From positions 423-64,422 of the forward strand of contig CAVXTJ010000007.1 in assembly GCA_963764605.1 (NCBI GenBank): a DNA stretch of 64,000 bases. The letters run 5' to 3'. This document shows positions 30,935 to 45,224 of the stretch, one piece after another. A program made the position numbers and the translations under genes. The DNA comes from an uncultured Alphaproteobacteria bacterium (GTDB lineage Bacteria > Pseudomonadota > Alphaproteobacteria > Rhizobiales > Hyphomicrobiaceae). The first letter of the stretch is position 1. Every line of letters begins with the position of its first letter. The notes below the pieces were generated by a model. It was given only the letters and a program-made list of their open reading frames with translations, was not told the DNA's origin and searched no databases.

Positions 30935-32271
30935 TTACGCGCCTTTCGCGAGGCGCTCTTTCGTCAAAATCTTCGCAAGCTCGACGGCTGGCTGATCGAA
31001 CGGATCAACGCCGAGCAGACGGCCTGCGAGAATCGTCTCAATCATAAAGTGCATGAGCAGGCTCCCAAGCGTTTTCTCGTCCAGACGCTCAATATCAAGT
31101 GTGCGAACCGGCCGCCCGGCCCGGCTCAAGGCCTCAGGCACGGCATGTGCTTGTGCCGCAACGATATCGCCAATCGTCTTGCCCCCCAAAAAGCCAACGC
31201 CTGCGACCGCTGCCAGATCCGCATCAAGCTTTGGCCCTGTGCCACTCGTAGCAGCTCTGCAGCACCGTCACATAATGCTCGCGCGGACCATCCATATAGA
31301 GCTGCAATTGGCTGTGCTGATCGAGCGGGCCAATGGCCGCAATCGGGCTTGTGCCTTCGCCGTTCTTGCCAAGGCTTTCGGCCCACAACTGCACGAACCA
31401 CGCGGACAAGCGGCTGAGGCGATCAGCGTACGGCATCATGACAAGCGTGCGGATGCCTTTCTCTTTGCTCAATGCGATAGCCGTTGCGGCACCAACGGCG
31501 GGCGCGAAATCTGCGGCCGCTTTGGCGGCAAGCATGATCGTCGATAACTGCGCGTGCGCCAGAGCGAATGGCGGTGCCATCAAGACCGCGCGCAATCGCT
31601 GGCATCAGCCCAACGTTGGTCAAACACGAAAATCGCCCGCCGATGCCCGTGTGATGATCGAGCATCGGAATGCCGAGCTTTGAGAAGAGCGCGCGCAAGC
31701 CATTCGGCTTTCCTGCCTGATCCGGTTCCGTGATGCCAAGAAACATGCGCGGAATTTGTGCGCTCAATCCTGCTGCTTTCACAGCCGAGAGCGTGACGAT
31801 GACCTGCGCCAGCGTTTCTGCCGTGCCGCCCGACTTCGACGTTACGATAAAGCGCGAGGTCGCAAGATCGAGATTGGCCAGCGCGCCAGCCAGCGTCGTG
31901 CCATCGAGATTGTCATAGAAACGAGTACGCGGGCGCTTGCGCTGCGCGATGTCAGCGCCGCCCGGAATGTTCCAACCTGCGAGCTGCGCCAGCGTCTGCC
32001 CACCAAGGCTCGATCCGCCGGTGCCGAAAAAAATTATGGTTTTGGCGCCTTCGGAAAGTTTGGCCAGAGCCGCGGCGGCGTCCGCGAGATCAGCCGTATC
32101 TTCGGCGATGCGCAACAGCGGCAACCGTCGCTGGTGATAATCCTGGCGTAAGTCTTCAAGATGCGGTTCGGTGCGCTTCAGCCACGCAGCGAGAGTAGCG
32201 CCCGAAAGCCCATGCGGGCCAATAGCGCTGTCCAAACACCCTGCAATCGATTGCGAGTAAGTCTTGCTCAA
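30935..32271 (-). CDS. pgi: Glucose-6-phosphate isomerase, two frameshifts
   Basis: GTGGSSLGG, SKSGGTAET, GGRFS, AESLGK, DQHSQLQL, PFDQPAVELAK. Confidence 0.9.
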
Positions 32272-32409
32272 GCCGTTCTGCAGCCATGCGGTTCCCCGTT
32301 AACATCCGCCAAGCGCTTAACGCCAATTGGCGGGCGAGCCAAGGCCTGCCGCCCAAATATCGTCAATTAGATTGAGCCCGCGCCGCCCAAACTGCGCTCA
32401 GCCGCGGCC

Positions 32410-33804
32410 TCAACCCCGTCCGGGCACGGTTGCGCTGATCGGCTTCACATTGGCTGGCTTTCCGACAATCGTGACGATCAAGCCGTCAGTCTTCAACAAG
32501 CGTTTGGCAACGCGTTTGACGTCATCAAGGGTAACGGCCTCAACCAGCTTGTTGCGTGTATCAACGTAATCGATGCCAAAGTTTTCCTGCATGAAGCCGA
32601 GCAGTTGTGTTGCGATCTTCGAGTTTGTGTCGAAGCGCAACGCATACGACCCGGTGAGATATTGCTTCGCGCCTTCCAGATCTTCGGCACTCGGGCCTTG
32701 ATCCGCCATTTTTTTCAACTCGGCGCGAATGATGTCCAGGCTTTCGGCCATGGATTCGTTCTTGGTCGCGACGCTACCCGACAGAATTGAGGTGTGCTGA
32801 TAGGGCTGGATATAGCTGTAGACCGAATAGGCGAGCCCGCGCTTTTCGCGAACCTCCTCCATCAGCTTGGCAGAGAACCCGCCACCGCCGAGTATATGAT
32901 TGATGATGAACGCCGCCATGAAATCCGGGTCTTTGCGGGCCATGGCTCCAAGTCCGAACACCGCGACCGACTGCGGCACGTCCATGTCGATGATCTTCTG
33001 CTGCCCGGCGTTGACAGGATCTATCTTTGCGACGTCAACGAGTTCCGCCTTCTCTGGCAGCCCGCCGAACACGTCGTCGAGCAACTTGCCGAGTTCTGTC
33101 GCGTTGATGTCGCCGACGGCAACGACCTTCAGATTGCCCTTGGCAAAATTGCGCTTGTGAAAGGCCGCCAAGTCCGCCGAGGCCATACCAGCGATGCTTT
33201 CCTTGGTGCCGTTCGACGGCCGCCCATAGGGATGCCCCTCAAAGGCAGCCGCGAACCATGCCTTGGCCGCAACTTTGTCCGGGTCCTTGTCGGAGTATGT
33301 GAGATTGGCCAAGAGTTGCTGGCGAATCCGGTCCACGGCATCCTTGTCGAAGCGAGGTCTTGTTACCGCGAGCTTTAAGAGTTCGACCGCTTTTTCCCGG
33401 TTTGCCGTCAGCGTCTCGAAGTTGCCGTAGAGCGAATCCTTGCTGTCGTCCCAGCTCATGCGCATGGCAATGTCTTCCACGCGCTCCTGAAACTGGGCAC
33501 TCAAGATATCGCCGGCGCCCTCGTCCATCATCGCAGTAATGAAATTAGCGACGCCCTCTTTGCCTTTAGGGTCCTGGCTATTGCCGCCGTTGAAAGCGAA
33601 GCGCAACGCCATCAAGGGTACGGAGTGTTCTTCTACGAGCCAGGCTTCGATACCACCGGGGCTTTTCACAGTCTGAATGTTCATGGCATGGGCCGGTCGG
33701 GTAAGAGTGACGACAAAAAAGAGCATCGCGGCCGCAAGCGCGATCATGATTTCGACGCGCGCCCAAACTCGCAAAGTGCGGCCCGCAAAACTTGAAATTG
33801 TCAT
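32410..33804 (-). CDS. M16 peptidase, non-catalytic-type subunit
   Basis: EVREKRGLAYSVYS; no HxxEH motif. Confidence 0.88.
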   Translation of the reverse strand: MTISSFAGRTLRVWARVEIMIALAAAMLFFVVTLTRPAHAMNIQTVKSPGGIEAWLVEEHSVPLMALRFAFNGGNSQDPKGKEGVANFITAMMDEGAGDILSAQFQERVEDIAMRMSWDDSKDSLYGNFETLTANREKAVELLKLAVTRPRFDKDAVDRIRQQLLANLTYSDKDPDKVAAKAWFAAAFEGHPYGRPSNGTKESIAGMASADLAAFHKRNFAKGNLKVVAVGDINATELGKLLDDVFGGLPEKAELVDVAKIDPVNAGQQKIIDMDVPQSVAVFGLGAMARKDPDFMAAFIINHILGGGGFSAKLMEEVREKRGLAYSVYSYIQPYQHTSILSGSVATKNESMAESLDIIRAELKKMADQGPSAEDLEGAKQYLTGSYALRFDTNSKIATQLLGFMQENFGIDYVDTRNKLVEAVTLDDVKRVAKRLLKTDGLIVTIVGKPANVKPISATVPGRG

Positions 33805-33807
33805 CGC

Positions 33808-35292
33808 TTACCTCACTGCGCTTTTGGCGCCGGCCTGCGCAACAGGCGACTTATCCGGCATCAGATATCCTGTGACCGACCGCCGGGCATCGAGATATTC
33901 CGCCGCAACTTTTTTGATGTCGTCGAGCGTGACCTTGGAAATTTCGTCCGGCCAGCTTTCGATCTGCGCAACCGTGCGGCCGACCGAAACGCCCCAGCCA
34001 TACCGGCGCGCCAGCGTTGCTTGGTTATCGCTCTCGTAGACGTATTCCGCCAAATAGTTGTTCTTGGCACGCACGAGCTCTTGCTCAGTCACGCCGTTCT
34101 TTGCAACGTCCGCGAGAACCTCGTCGATCGCCGCCTCGACCTTTGCCAGCGGCACACCGTCGGCCGCAACCGCGTAAAGCGAGATATTCCCGGTATCCAG
34201 GCCATAACCGCCGTAATCACCGCTTGCGCTCGATGCCAGCTTGGATTCGACGACGAGTTTTTTATAGAGTCGGCTGGTTGATCCCGATGCGGCGACCTTC
34301 AACATAAGATCGAGCGCTTCGGCTTCACCGGGTTTTGCCGTCACATAGCTTGGCGCGACGTAATACCGGTGGAACGAGTAATTGCCAGCGCGCTGGTCTT
34401 TAAGTTCGAGGCGCCGCGGCACGATCTGCGGCGGGTCTGATGGGCGCTCGCGCGGCATCCCGACTTCCGGGTTCGCGGGCAATTTCCCATAAGTCTGTTC
34501 AGCAAGCGTTTTGACTTCTTCTTCCGTCACGTCACCCGAGACAACGAGAGTGGCGTTATTCGGCGCGTAGTAGCGCTTGTAGAACGTCATCGCGTCATTG
34601 CGCGAGAGTTTCGCAATCTCATGATACCAGCCGATGACAGGCACGCCGTAGGGATGATTGAGATAGAGCGCCGCGTTCATCTGCTCGTCGAGAATTGAAC
34701 CTGGATTATTCTCGATGCGCGAACGGCGCTCTTCGAGAATGACGTCTCGCTCGGTCAAAACTTCTTTCTCATCGAGCCGCAAGTTCACCATGCGGTCGGC
34801 TTCCATTTCCATCATCGTTTTGAGACGGTCTTTGGAGATGCGCTGGAAGTAGCTCGTGGCGTCATGGCCGGTAAAGGCGTTATCCTGCCCGCCAAGGCGG
34901 CCGACGATTTTGGAAAACTCGCCGACCGGAATTTTCTCCGTCGACTTGAACATCAAGTGCTCGAGAAAATGGGCGATGCCGGAGGTGCCGCGCACCTCGT
35001 CCGCCGCGCCGACCCGGTACCAAACCATGTGCGTGACGACGGGCGCCCGGCGGTCCGGAATAACGACAACCTGCATGCCGTTCGAGAGTTTGAATTCGCT
35101 GGCGCGCGTCGAGGATGCGGCCGCGTGGGCGAGTGGGTTCAATGCGAGCATGGAAAGCGCCAGGGTGAGGGTTGCGAGCGAAGTGCGGACGGCTAAAACA
35201 GGTGAAAGCATGCTTGGTCCCAATCTTTTGGCCCAGTTTTGTTGAAAGGCCAGCTTGGTGAGGGAGTGCGAAACGCGTGGGCGGTACGACAT
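33808..35292 (-). CDS. M16 zinc peptidase (pitrilysin family), start may be about 35211
   Basis: GIAHFLEHLMFK (HxxEH). Confidence 0.92.
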   Translation of the reverse strand: MSYRPRVSHSLTKLAFQQNWAKRLGPSMLSPVLAVRTSLATLTLALSMLALNPLAHAAASSTRASEFKLSNGMQVVVIPDRRAPVVTHMVWYRVGAADEVRGTSGIAHFLEHLMFKSTEKIPVGEFSKIVGRLGGQDNAFTGHDATSYFQRISKDRLKTMMEMEADRMVNLRLDEKEVLTERDVILEERRSRIENNPGSILDEQMNAALYLNHPYGVPVIGWYHEIAKLSRNDAMTFYKRYYAPNNATLVVSGDVTEEEVKTLAEQTYGKLPANPEVGMPRERPSDPPQIVPRRLELKDQRAGNYSFHRYYVAPSYVTAKPGEAEALDLMLKVAASGSTSRLYKKLVVESKLASSASGDYGGYGLDTGNISLYAVAADGVPLAKVEAAIDEVLADVAKNGVTEQELVRAKNNYLAEYVYESDNQATLARRYGWGVSVGRTVAQIESWPDEISKVTLDDIKKVAAEYLDARRSVTGYLMPDKSPVAQAGAKSAVR

Positions 35293-35454
35293 ACCGGACT
35301 GTCACGAGATGTCGGTGCACGGGCCTCTAAAGTCAAATGACATCGCGTTCATCTGCAAGCCGGATCAGGTCGCAGAAAAACATAAAATGACTATATGCTT
35401 CAATATGTTAATCGTTCCGCGCGCAGACCAAGGAAACGGCAATCACGGCCCGAG

Positions 35455-35895
35455 TTATTCCTCGGCACCGTCTTCGGTTGCCTGCTTCAGCAGTTTTAAT
35501 GCCGAACCCTGACAGGGCCCTAGCGGACCAGTCGCCAAAACGGCGTCCTGATCGCGGTGAAGCTTGGCATCGTGATAGTGGACTTTGCAGTAGGCTTCCT
35601 GCTGCCGTTCCAGGTCATTATAGGAGGTCACGCGCTTGGCGTCGTAATCCTGGACCTCTGCCAAGGTCGGCTGTTGGCTTGCGCCCGAGCCCGGCTCGGG
35701 CAACCTGTCCAGGTTTGGCGGAACAATTATTCCCGAGCGTTCCTTCATATTCGGGGTCTTTTTCACGGATGCCGTGTTCAAACCGGCCGCATCGAAAATC
35801 TTGCCATTTAACTGGATGTCGTCCGCACTGCAGCCCGAAAGGAGCGCAGCACAGGCCATGCCAGCCAAAACATTTATAATGTTTTTCAATAGCAT
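35455..35895 (-). CDS. Hypothetical lipoprotein
   Basis: Lipobox LLSG-C; co-oriented between lspA and the M16 pair. Confidence 0.7.
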   Translation of the reverse strand: MLLKNIINVLAGMACAALLSGCSADDIQLNGKIFDAAGLNTASVKKTPNMKERSGIIVPPNLDRLPEPGSGASQQPTLAEVQDYDAKRVTSYNDLERQQEAYCKVHYHDAKLHRDQDAVLATGPLGPCQGSALKLLKQATEDGAEE

Positions 35896-35952
35896 ACGAG
35901 TTTCCCCCGTGGAACAGACCGGCAAATGAACTCGTCCCCCACTCATGAGCCG

Positions 35953-36476
35953 TTATAGCGGCTTTGCGGCGTCATTACAACTCGACTTGTATGAGTCATA
36001 TAGCAGCCCGGCGACGCCAGCAACGATCGCCACATCGGCTATGTTGAAGACATACCAATAGAATCCCCACGCGTGCAGGGAAAAGAAGTCTGCAACCCCG
36101 CCGATCAGAACCCTGTCCAAGGCATTCCCCAACGCCCCGCCGATGATGAGCGCGAGGCTCCAAGCCATCAACCGGGTCGTGTCGGAGCGGGCGAGCCAAA
36201 CCCACATGGCGAGGGAGGCGGCCACGGCGAAAGCCGCGAGCATGAATTGCCCGGCTTGGCTCTCCTGATCGAACATTGAATAGCTGATGCCGGTATTTTT
36301 GACGAACACCAGATCGAGGAAAGGCGCAACTGCCACCCGGCCCTTAGCCATGATGTCATAGACATAGAGCATCCAGAATTTGTGCGCCTGATCGATGGCG
36401 AACGTTGACAGCGCGACGCCGAGCCCGAGCGCCGAGTAGCGGCCCCAGAGCCAAGAGTTCCAGCCTCACTAATCAT
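35953..36476 (-). CDS. lspA: Lipoprotein signal peptidase II (probable frameshift near the start)
   Basis: IDQAHK, KNTGISYS, GALGNALDR, VFNIADVAI. Confidence 0.92.
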
Positions 36477-36543
36477 GCGAAAGCACTTCGCGTGCTTTGC
36501 TCGGTGCGAGCGGCCGCTCGAAGGATCGCACCGAGCACGGGAT

Positions 36544-36651
36544 TCCCGTCCCCCCATGCGGGCGGAGGGTTAGGGAGGGGGGTGATCCCCAGACCTCTAT
36601 CGCTTCGTGCACCACCCCCACCCCGACCCTCCCCCGTCGAGGGGGAGGGAG
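36544..36651. repeat. Inverted pair of about 39-bp palindromic repeats (CCCCCACCCCGACCCTCCCC..GGGGAGGGAG type)
   Basis: Copy A 36544-36582 (reverse) and copy B 36613-36651 (forward) can pair with each other. Confidence 0.8.
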
Positions 36652-36710
36652 AATTAAAGGATCGCGCGCGACATTGACGACCGCCTTTACCAGCGAACTG
36701 CAATTTACCA

Positions 36711-39857
<3,147 letters not shown>

Positions 39858-39897
39858 CTGTTGTTCTTTCGTTCAAAAACCGAAGCGCCTTCTAGCA

Positions 39898-40017
39898 CTG
39901 TCATCCCGGCCGGAGAAGCGCGCCTGCGCTTCGAAGAGCCGGGACCCAGATTTGCTGAGTTTTATGTGGGTCCCGGGTCTGCCCCGGTACAAAGGCCGGG
40001 GTCGCCCGGGATGACAG
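39898..40017. repeat. GTCATCCCGG...CCGGGATGAC palindromic repeat between ribF and ileS
   Basis: Outer IR ctgtcatcccgg/ccgggatgacag; inner IR ccgggaccca/tgggtcccgg. Confidence 0.85.
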
Positions 40018-40026
40018 TCCGCGATT

Positions 40027-40954
40027 TCAAGCCGCCGCCAAAACCGCCCGAATCTTCTTCACGTCCTCGTCCATCTGGCGGACCAGATCTTCGCCGGACG
40101 AAAACTTGCGGTCCGCCCGGATAAAATCGACGAATTCGACGTCGAGATCATGGCCGTACAAATCGCCCTTGAAATCGAAGATGAACACTTCCAGCACCGG
40201 CATGCCGTTGTCGAATGTCGGGCGCGTACCGAGATAGGCGGCCGCATCGTAGTGCTTTGCCATCCACATGCGCGCGCACCGCGTAGATCCCGTGCGCCAG
40301 CGCCGTGCCCTTCGGCATCGGCACGTTGGCCGTTGGAAAACCTAAGCCCGTGCCCCGTTTCGCCCCACCGATGACTTTGCCTTGCACACGCCAATGCTCG
40401 CCCAAAACGTGCGTCGCGCCTTTGACGTCGCCCTGCGCCAGATAAACCCGGACGGACGACGACGAGAACACTTCGCCCGCTTCCGCAACCGGCGCTACAA
40501 CCGTGACGCCGAAGCCAAGTTCCTTGCCAGCCGTTTCCATCAATTGCGGATTTCCCGCGCGCTTGTGGCCGAAATAGAAGTCGTAGCCGATGATGACGTG
40601 CGCCACGCCTAAGCCCGCGACCAGTACGCGCTCGATAAATTCCTGCGCCGACAGCCCCGCGAAGTGCGCATCGAAATTTTCAACGAACGCGACTTTCACA
40701 CCGAGTTTCTCGAGCAGCGCCAATTTGCTGTTCAAGGGCGTCAAGCGAAACAGCGGCTCGCTGGGCTGGAAAAACTCGCGTGGGTGCGGTTCAAAAATCA
40801 TCACGCCCGGCGCGCGGCCGAGTTCCTTGCCTTTGGCCACGGCGGACGCAATCAGCGCCCGGTGGCCGCGATGCACACCATCAAAATTGCCGATTGCCAC
40901 GACGGCCGCCCGCGCCGTGATGGGCACATGCGAATAACCATGGACGACTTGCAT
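40027..40954 (-). CDS. ribF: Bifunctional riboflavin kinase/FAD synthetase, frameshift at about 40258
   Basis: GNFDGVHRGH, FEPHP, GFPTAN, GTRPTF, LEVFIFDF. Confidence 0.93.
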
Positions 40955-40990
40955 TGCTGTTTGGACTTTCGCTCTTCGCGCTGGTCTAAT

Positions 40991-41428
40991 TCACTTAGGC
41001 TTGCCGGGCACCATCAGCACGGCTTCGCCAGTCAGCACGGCTTTGCCGCCGACCGAACAGATACATTCGAACTTGGCGCGCTTCTTTGCCGGGATGAGTT
41101 CGGTCAGCCGGACAACTGTCTCAACGCGGTCGTCGATTTTCACCGGTCCCTTGAAGTTCAAGGTCTGCGAAATGTAGATCGAGCCGGGCCCAGGCAGCTT
41201 CATGCCAAACAGCGCCGAGATGTATCCAGCCGACAAAATGCCGTGTGCGATGCGCTCTTTGAACGGCGTCTTCGCCGCATACTCCGGATCAAGGTGCACA
41301 GGATTGTAGTCGCCCGAGAGCGCCGCATAGGCGACAATGTCGGCCTCTGAGACGACGCGCGACATGGAGGCTTCCTGCCCGACTTTGAGGTCTTCGAAGT
41401 ATTTGGTTGTACCCGCAGTCGCCAGCAT
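40991..41428 (-). CDS. MaoC-family (R)-hydratase
   Basis: SGDYNPVHLD, IAHGILSA, LPGPGSIY. Confidence 0.9.
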   Translation of the reverse strand: MLATAGTTKYFEDLKVGQEASMSRVVSEADIVAYAALSGDYNPVHLDPEYAAKTPFKERIAHGILSAGYISALFGMKLPGPGSIYISQTLNFKGPVKIDDRVETVVRLTELIPAKKRAKFECICSVGGKAVLTGEAVLMVPGKPK

Positions 41429-41674
41429 CGAATTGATCCTTCAGGAAAGTGGCTTCGCGCCGCCCAAAAGCCCAGCGCGCGCGGACACTAGCGGCGCGGC
41501 GCGCTACCTGCAACTGCCTCTGCCTGCCCCAGAGCGGTCAATTGGCCTCGCACCCCCTACTAATCTCAGGTTGCGCCGATGGCCCCGGCGGGGTTATAAG
41601 GGGTCAATTCCCATTACCCTTAAGTTGTTGGCCTTTGCGCAAGACCCCGCGCCAAGGACCGGAGAAGGACCGTT

Positions 41675-42440
41675 ATGAGCGACCGCCGCCCCCTGATGCC
41701 GAAGGCAACCGCCGTTTGGCTCGTCGAGAACTACCGGACTCGCGTTTGACCAGATCGCAGAGTTCTGCGGCCTGCATCCCCTCGAAGTCAAAGGCATCGC
41801 CGATGGCGACGTGGCCCAGGGCATCAAAGGTATGGATCCCGTGACCAACGGCCAGCTGACGCGCGAAGAAATCGCACGCGGCGAAAAAGACCATGGCCAC
41901 AAACTGCATCTGGCCGAAAGCAAAGTCGAGCTCCCGGCCCAAGTACAGAGCAAGCGCGGCCCAAAATACACGCCCGTTTCCCGCCGCCATGACCGGCCCA
42001 ACGCCGTGCTTTGGCTGTTGCGCAATCATGCCGAACTCAAAGACAGCCAGCTGATGCGCCTCGTTGGCACGACCAAGCCGACAATTGCCCAGATCCGGGA
42101 TCGCACGCATTGGAACTCCTCCCAGTTGACGCCGCAGGACCCGGTGACGCTTGGCCTTTGCTCGCAGACCGACCTTGATGCAGAGGTCAAGAAAGCCGCG
42201 CGCCGCATCGAACGCGAGCGCAAGGAAGCCAACAAGGGCAAGGAACCGGCCGGCACGCTGCTCGCGACGGAAGAAACGACAGCGGCTCCTCCAGCACCAA
42301 CACCCACCGCATCGATCATGGCGCCAAAGGCCGCTGCGGCCGCGCGCGAGGAAACGCCCGAGGAAGAGCAGGCCCGCGTCTTGGCCAAACTCAAAGGCAT
42401 GAAGGCAAAAGAGGACGGCGAGGAACCTGCCGAGGACTGA
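41675..42440 (+). CDS. DUF1013 family protein, frameshift at about 41731
   Basis: PLMPKATAVWLVEN, HPLEVKGIADG, YTPVSRRHDRP, DPVTLGLCSQ. Confidence 0.85.
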
Positions 42441-42578
42441 GACTAATCTCGTTCGGCACGCTAATCTCAACAAATACCGCACTGAATGCCGGGGGCATTA
42501 CCACAACGTGCCGTTGCCCGGCCGCGCCTAATTCGCTAGCGTCATTGCCAGTAACCCTCCAATTGGTGGCCTGGCAAT

Positions 42579-44204
42579 ATGTCCAATCCTTACGAACAAG
42601 ACCTCGACAAGAACGCGGCGAACTACGTGCCGCTGACGCCTATTACGTTCCTTGAGCGCTCCGCGTCCGTCTATCCAAATCATACGGCTATCATCCACGG
42701 CAACGCCCGCACCACGTACGCCGAATTCTACAACCGTTCCCGCCGCCTTGCCTCAGCGCTCAGCCAGCACGGCATTGGCGTCGGCGACACGGTATCCGTC
42801 ATGCTCGCCAATACGCCAGCCATGCTAGACGCCCACTTCGGCGTGCCTATGACCGGCGCCATTCTCCATTCCATCAACACCCGCCTCGACGCCGCGATCA
42901 TCGCCTTCCAGCTCGACCACGCGGACGCCAAAGTCATCATCGTTGATCGCGAGTTCTCAACCGTCATGAAAGCGGCACTAGAACAAGCCAAGGTCAAGCC
43001 CTTCATCATCGACTACAATGACGCAGAATTCCCTCAGAGCGGCGCCGCGCTTTCGGACGTCGATTACGAAGCCTTCATTGCCAAGGGCGACACCAACTTC
43101 AAATGGCGCTGGCCGCCGGATGAATGGGATTCGATCTCACTCAACTACACGTCAGGCACAACCGGCAATCCGAAAGGCGTCGTCTATCATCACCGCGGTG
43201 CGGCCCTCATGTGCTACGCCAACGCGCTCGCTTGCGGCATGACCGTGCATCCCGTTTATCTCTGGACGTTGCCGATGTTTCATTGCAACGGCTGGTGCTT
43301 CCCCTGGGCCGTCACGGCCGTTGCTGGCACGCACGTCTGCCTCCGCTGGGTCCGCGCCAAGGCCATGTATGACGCCATTGCCGATCATAAGGTCACAAAC
43401 CTTTCCGGTGCGCCGATCGTCATGTCGACCATGCTCAATGCGACCGAGACCGAGAAACGCCAGTTCTCACATACGGTTTCCTTCAATCACGCGGCAGCAC
43501 CGCCGCCCGAAGCCGTGCTTTCCGCCATGATGGACGCTGGCTTCAAGCTCACGCACCTTTACGGACTGACCGAAACCTATGGCCCCGCCACCATCAACGA
43601 GTGGAACGCGGAGTGGGATAAACTGCCGAAGGACCAGGTGACGACGAAGCGTGCGCGACAAGGCGTGCGCTACGCCGCGCTCGAAGGCTTGACCGTCATG
43701 AACCCGGAAACGATGGAAGTCGTGCCGGACGATGGCGAGACGCTCGGCGAAGTCATGTTCCGAGGCAACATCGTCATGAAGGGTTATCTCAAAAACAAGA
43801 ACGCTACCGACGACGCTTTCGCTGGCGGCTGGTTCCATTCGGGCGATTTGGGTGTCTTGCATCCCGACGGCTACATTCAATTGAAGGACCGCTCGAAGGA
43901 CATCATCATTTCTGGCGGTGAGAACATTTCCTCGATCGAAGTCGAGGACGTTCTCTACAAGCACCCAGCCGTTGCCTTCTGCGCGGTCGTTGCGAAGCCG
44001 GACGACAAATGGGGCGAAACGCCGTGTGCCTTCGTTGAACTGCGGCCTGGTGCCTCAGCAACGGCGGAAGAGATCCTTGAGTGGTGCCGTCAAGGTCTCG
44101 CGCGCTACAAAGTTCCCCGCCACATCGTCTTCTCGGAAGTTCCCAAAACCTCGACCGGAAAAATCCAGAAATTCAAGTTGCGCGAGATGGCGAAAGAGGC
44201 GTGA
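42579..44204 (+). CDS. Acyl-CoA synthetase (AMP-binding)
   Basis: YTSGTTGNPKG, YGLTE, SGD, IISGGENI, PKTSTGK. Confidence 0.93.
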   Translation: MSNPYEQDLDKNAANYVPLTPITFLERSASVYPNHTAIIHGNARTTYAEFYNRSRRLASALSQHGIGVGDTVSVMLANTPAMLDAHFGVPMTGAILHSINTRLDAAIIAFQLDHADAKVIIVDREFSTVMKAALEQAKVKPFIIDYNDAEFPQSGAALSDVDYEAFIAKGDTNFKWRWPPDEWDSISLNYTSGTTGNPKGVVYHHRGAALMCYANALACGMTVHPVYLWTLPMFHCNGWCFPWAVTAVAGTHVCLRWVRAKAMYDAIADHKVTNLSGAPIVMSTMLNATETEKRQFSHTVSFNHAAAPPPEAVLSAMMDAGFKLTHLYGLTETYGPATINEWNAEWDKLPKDQVTTKRARQGVRYAALEGLTVMNPETMEVVPDDGETLGEVMFRGNIVMKGYLKNKNATDDAFAGGWFHSGDLGVLHPDGYIQLKDRSKDIIISGGENISSIEVEDVLYKHPAVAFCAVVAKPDDKWGETPCAFVELRPGASATAEEILEWCRQGLARYKVPRHIVFSEVPKTSTGKIQKFKLREMAKEA

Positions 44205-44228
44205 GGACCTCAGGCGTTTGCGCTGCAC

Positions 44229-44333
44229 CTAGAGTGCTTCCGGAAAAGTGGGAACCGGTTTTCCGAAAAGAAGCACGGCAAAACAAAGCGCTAGGGTCTG
44301 ACCATGATTCAATCAAAACCGGACAGACCCTTG
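44229..44333. repeat. About 105-bp CTAG-bounded two-hairpin element (Bru-RS/rhizobial miniature repeat type)
   Basis: ctagagtgcttccggaaaagtgggaaccggttttccgaaaagaagcac...aaacaaagcgctag, then gggtctgacc..gattcaatcaaaa..ggacagaccc. Confidence 0.7.
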
Positions 44334-44418
44334 CACCTGAAATATAAAAGCCCCGCTCGGCGGCTTCACGTGCCGCTGGCAGGGCTCTGATCGATCAGAT
44401 TATCGGGGGTTACGAGAC

Positions 44419-44595
44419 CTAGTGCCGCGTCGCCTTTCTCAGCCTTTCCATTTCGTCTTTGAGCTTGAGTTTTTCTTGTTTCAATCGCCGGATCTCTGCG
44501 TCGTCGGAGCCCGGTCTTGTCACGGCTTCCTGGATCCTTTGTTCCAAAAGCCGGTGCTTCTCTGCGAGTTCTACAAGATGAGACGACATTGCCAT
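44419..44595 (-). CDS. YdcH/DUF465 small coiled-coil protein, 58 aa (absent from the ORF track)
   Basis: MAMSSHLVELAEKHRLLEQRIQEAVTRPGSDDAEIRRLKQEKLKLKDEMERLRKATRH; GAGGAGAGG RBS. Confidence 0.85.
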   Translation of the reverse strand: MAMSSHLVELAEKHRLLEQRIQEAVTRPGSDDAEIRRLKQEKLKLKDEMERLRKATRH

Positions 44596-44861
44596 CTATA
44601 CCTCTCCTCGGATCGTTGCAGACGCGTCAATCGTGCCACAGTTGTTTGGCCTTGTCCAACCCGTCCGAGCTACTGAATTATGTTTTTATATTTGATTTTA
44701 GCTGCCGCAGACTTAGCGATTCGTCTAAAATTGTTGCGATTCGTCAGTAGCTTGCTCAAGCTCCGGACAAATGTGGGAGGTCGGAGCGTTTGCCAGTTGC
44801 CATAACCTTCCCAATAGTTGACAACCCCAGAAAGCGGCCGGGCGGGGCGGGATAGGCTGAG

Positions 44862-45068
44862 ATGCAGCGTCGCGACGAACGCGAGCTACGCGAAGAACTG
44901 GTGAAATTGCGCACCGAGCATCGTTTGCTCGATGAAGAGATCGTGTCTTTGGAAGCTAGTCCGACCGCCGACCAGTTGCTGATCAAGCGGCTCAAAAAAC
45001 GCAAGCTGGCCCTGAAAGATCGCATCACATCGGTGGAAGACCAGTTGCTCCCCGATATCATCGCTTGA
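44862..45068 (+). CDS. YdcH/DUF465 family protein
   Basis: EHRLLDEEI, IKRLKKRKLALKDRI, PDIIA. Confidence 0.85.
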   Translation: MQRRDERELREELVKLRTEHRLLDEEIVSLEASPTADQLLIKRLKKRKLALKDRITSVEDQLLPDIIA

Positions 45069-45224
45069 GGAATAAAAATCGCGGTTAAGCCTTAACCACA
45101 CCCGCGATTGCCTATTGGTTCCACAGCCGCGCCGCTGCTTTTGTCATTTGAAGTACGGGCCCTTGCCAAGCGCGGGGGGCTCCTCTAAATGCCCCGTTTC
45201 CCTGAAGGGGAGTGGACGATTCTC

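Noticed and set aside
44419-45068. Divergent DUF465 pair as a novel module
   Set aside because: To my knowledge a common alphaproteobacterial arrangement near purE.
45075-45220. ZTP or purine riboswitch before purE; GGTTAAG-C-CTTAACC palindrome as a CtrA site
   Set aside because: No aptamer consensus, and the TTAA spacing is 3, not 7. It is better explained as part of a hairpin after the DUF465 gene.
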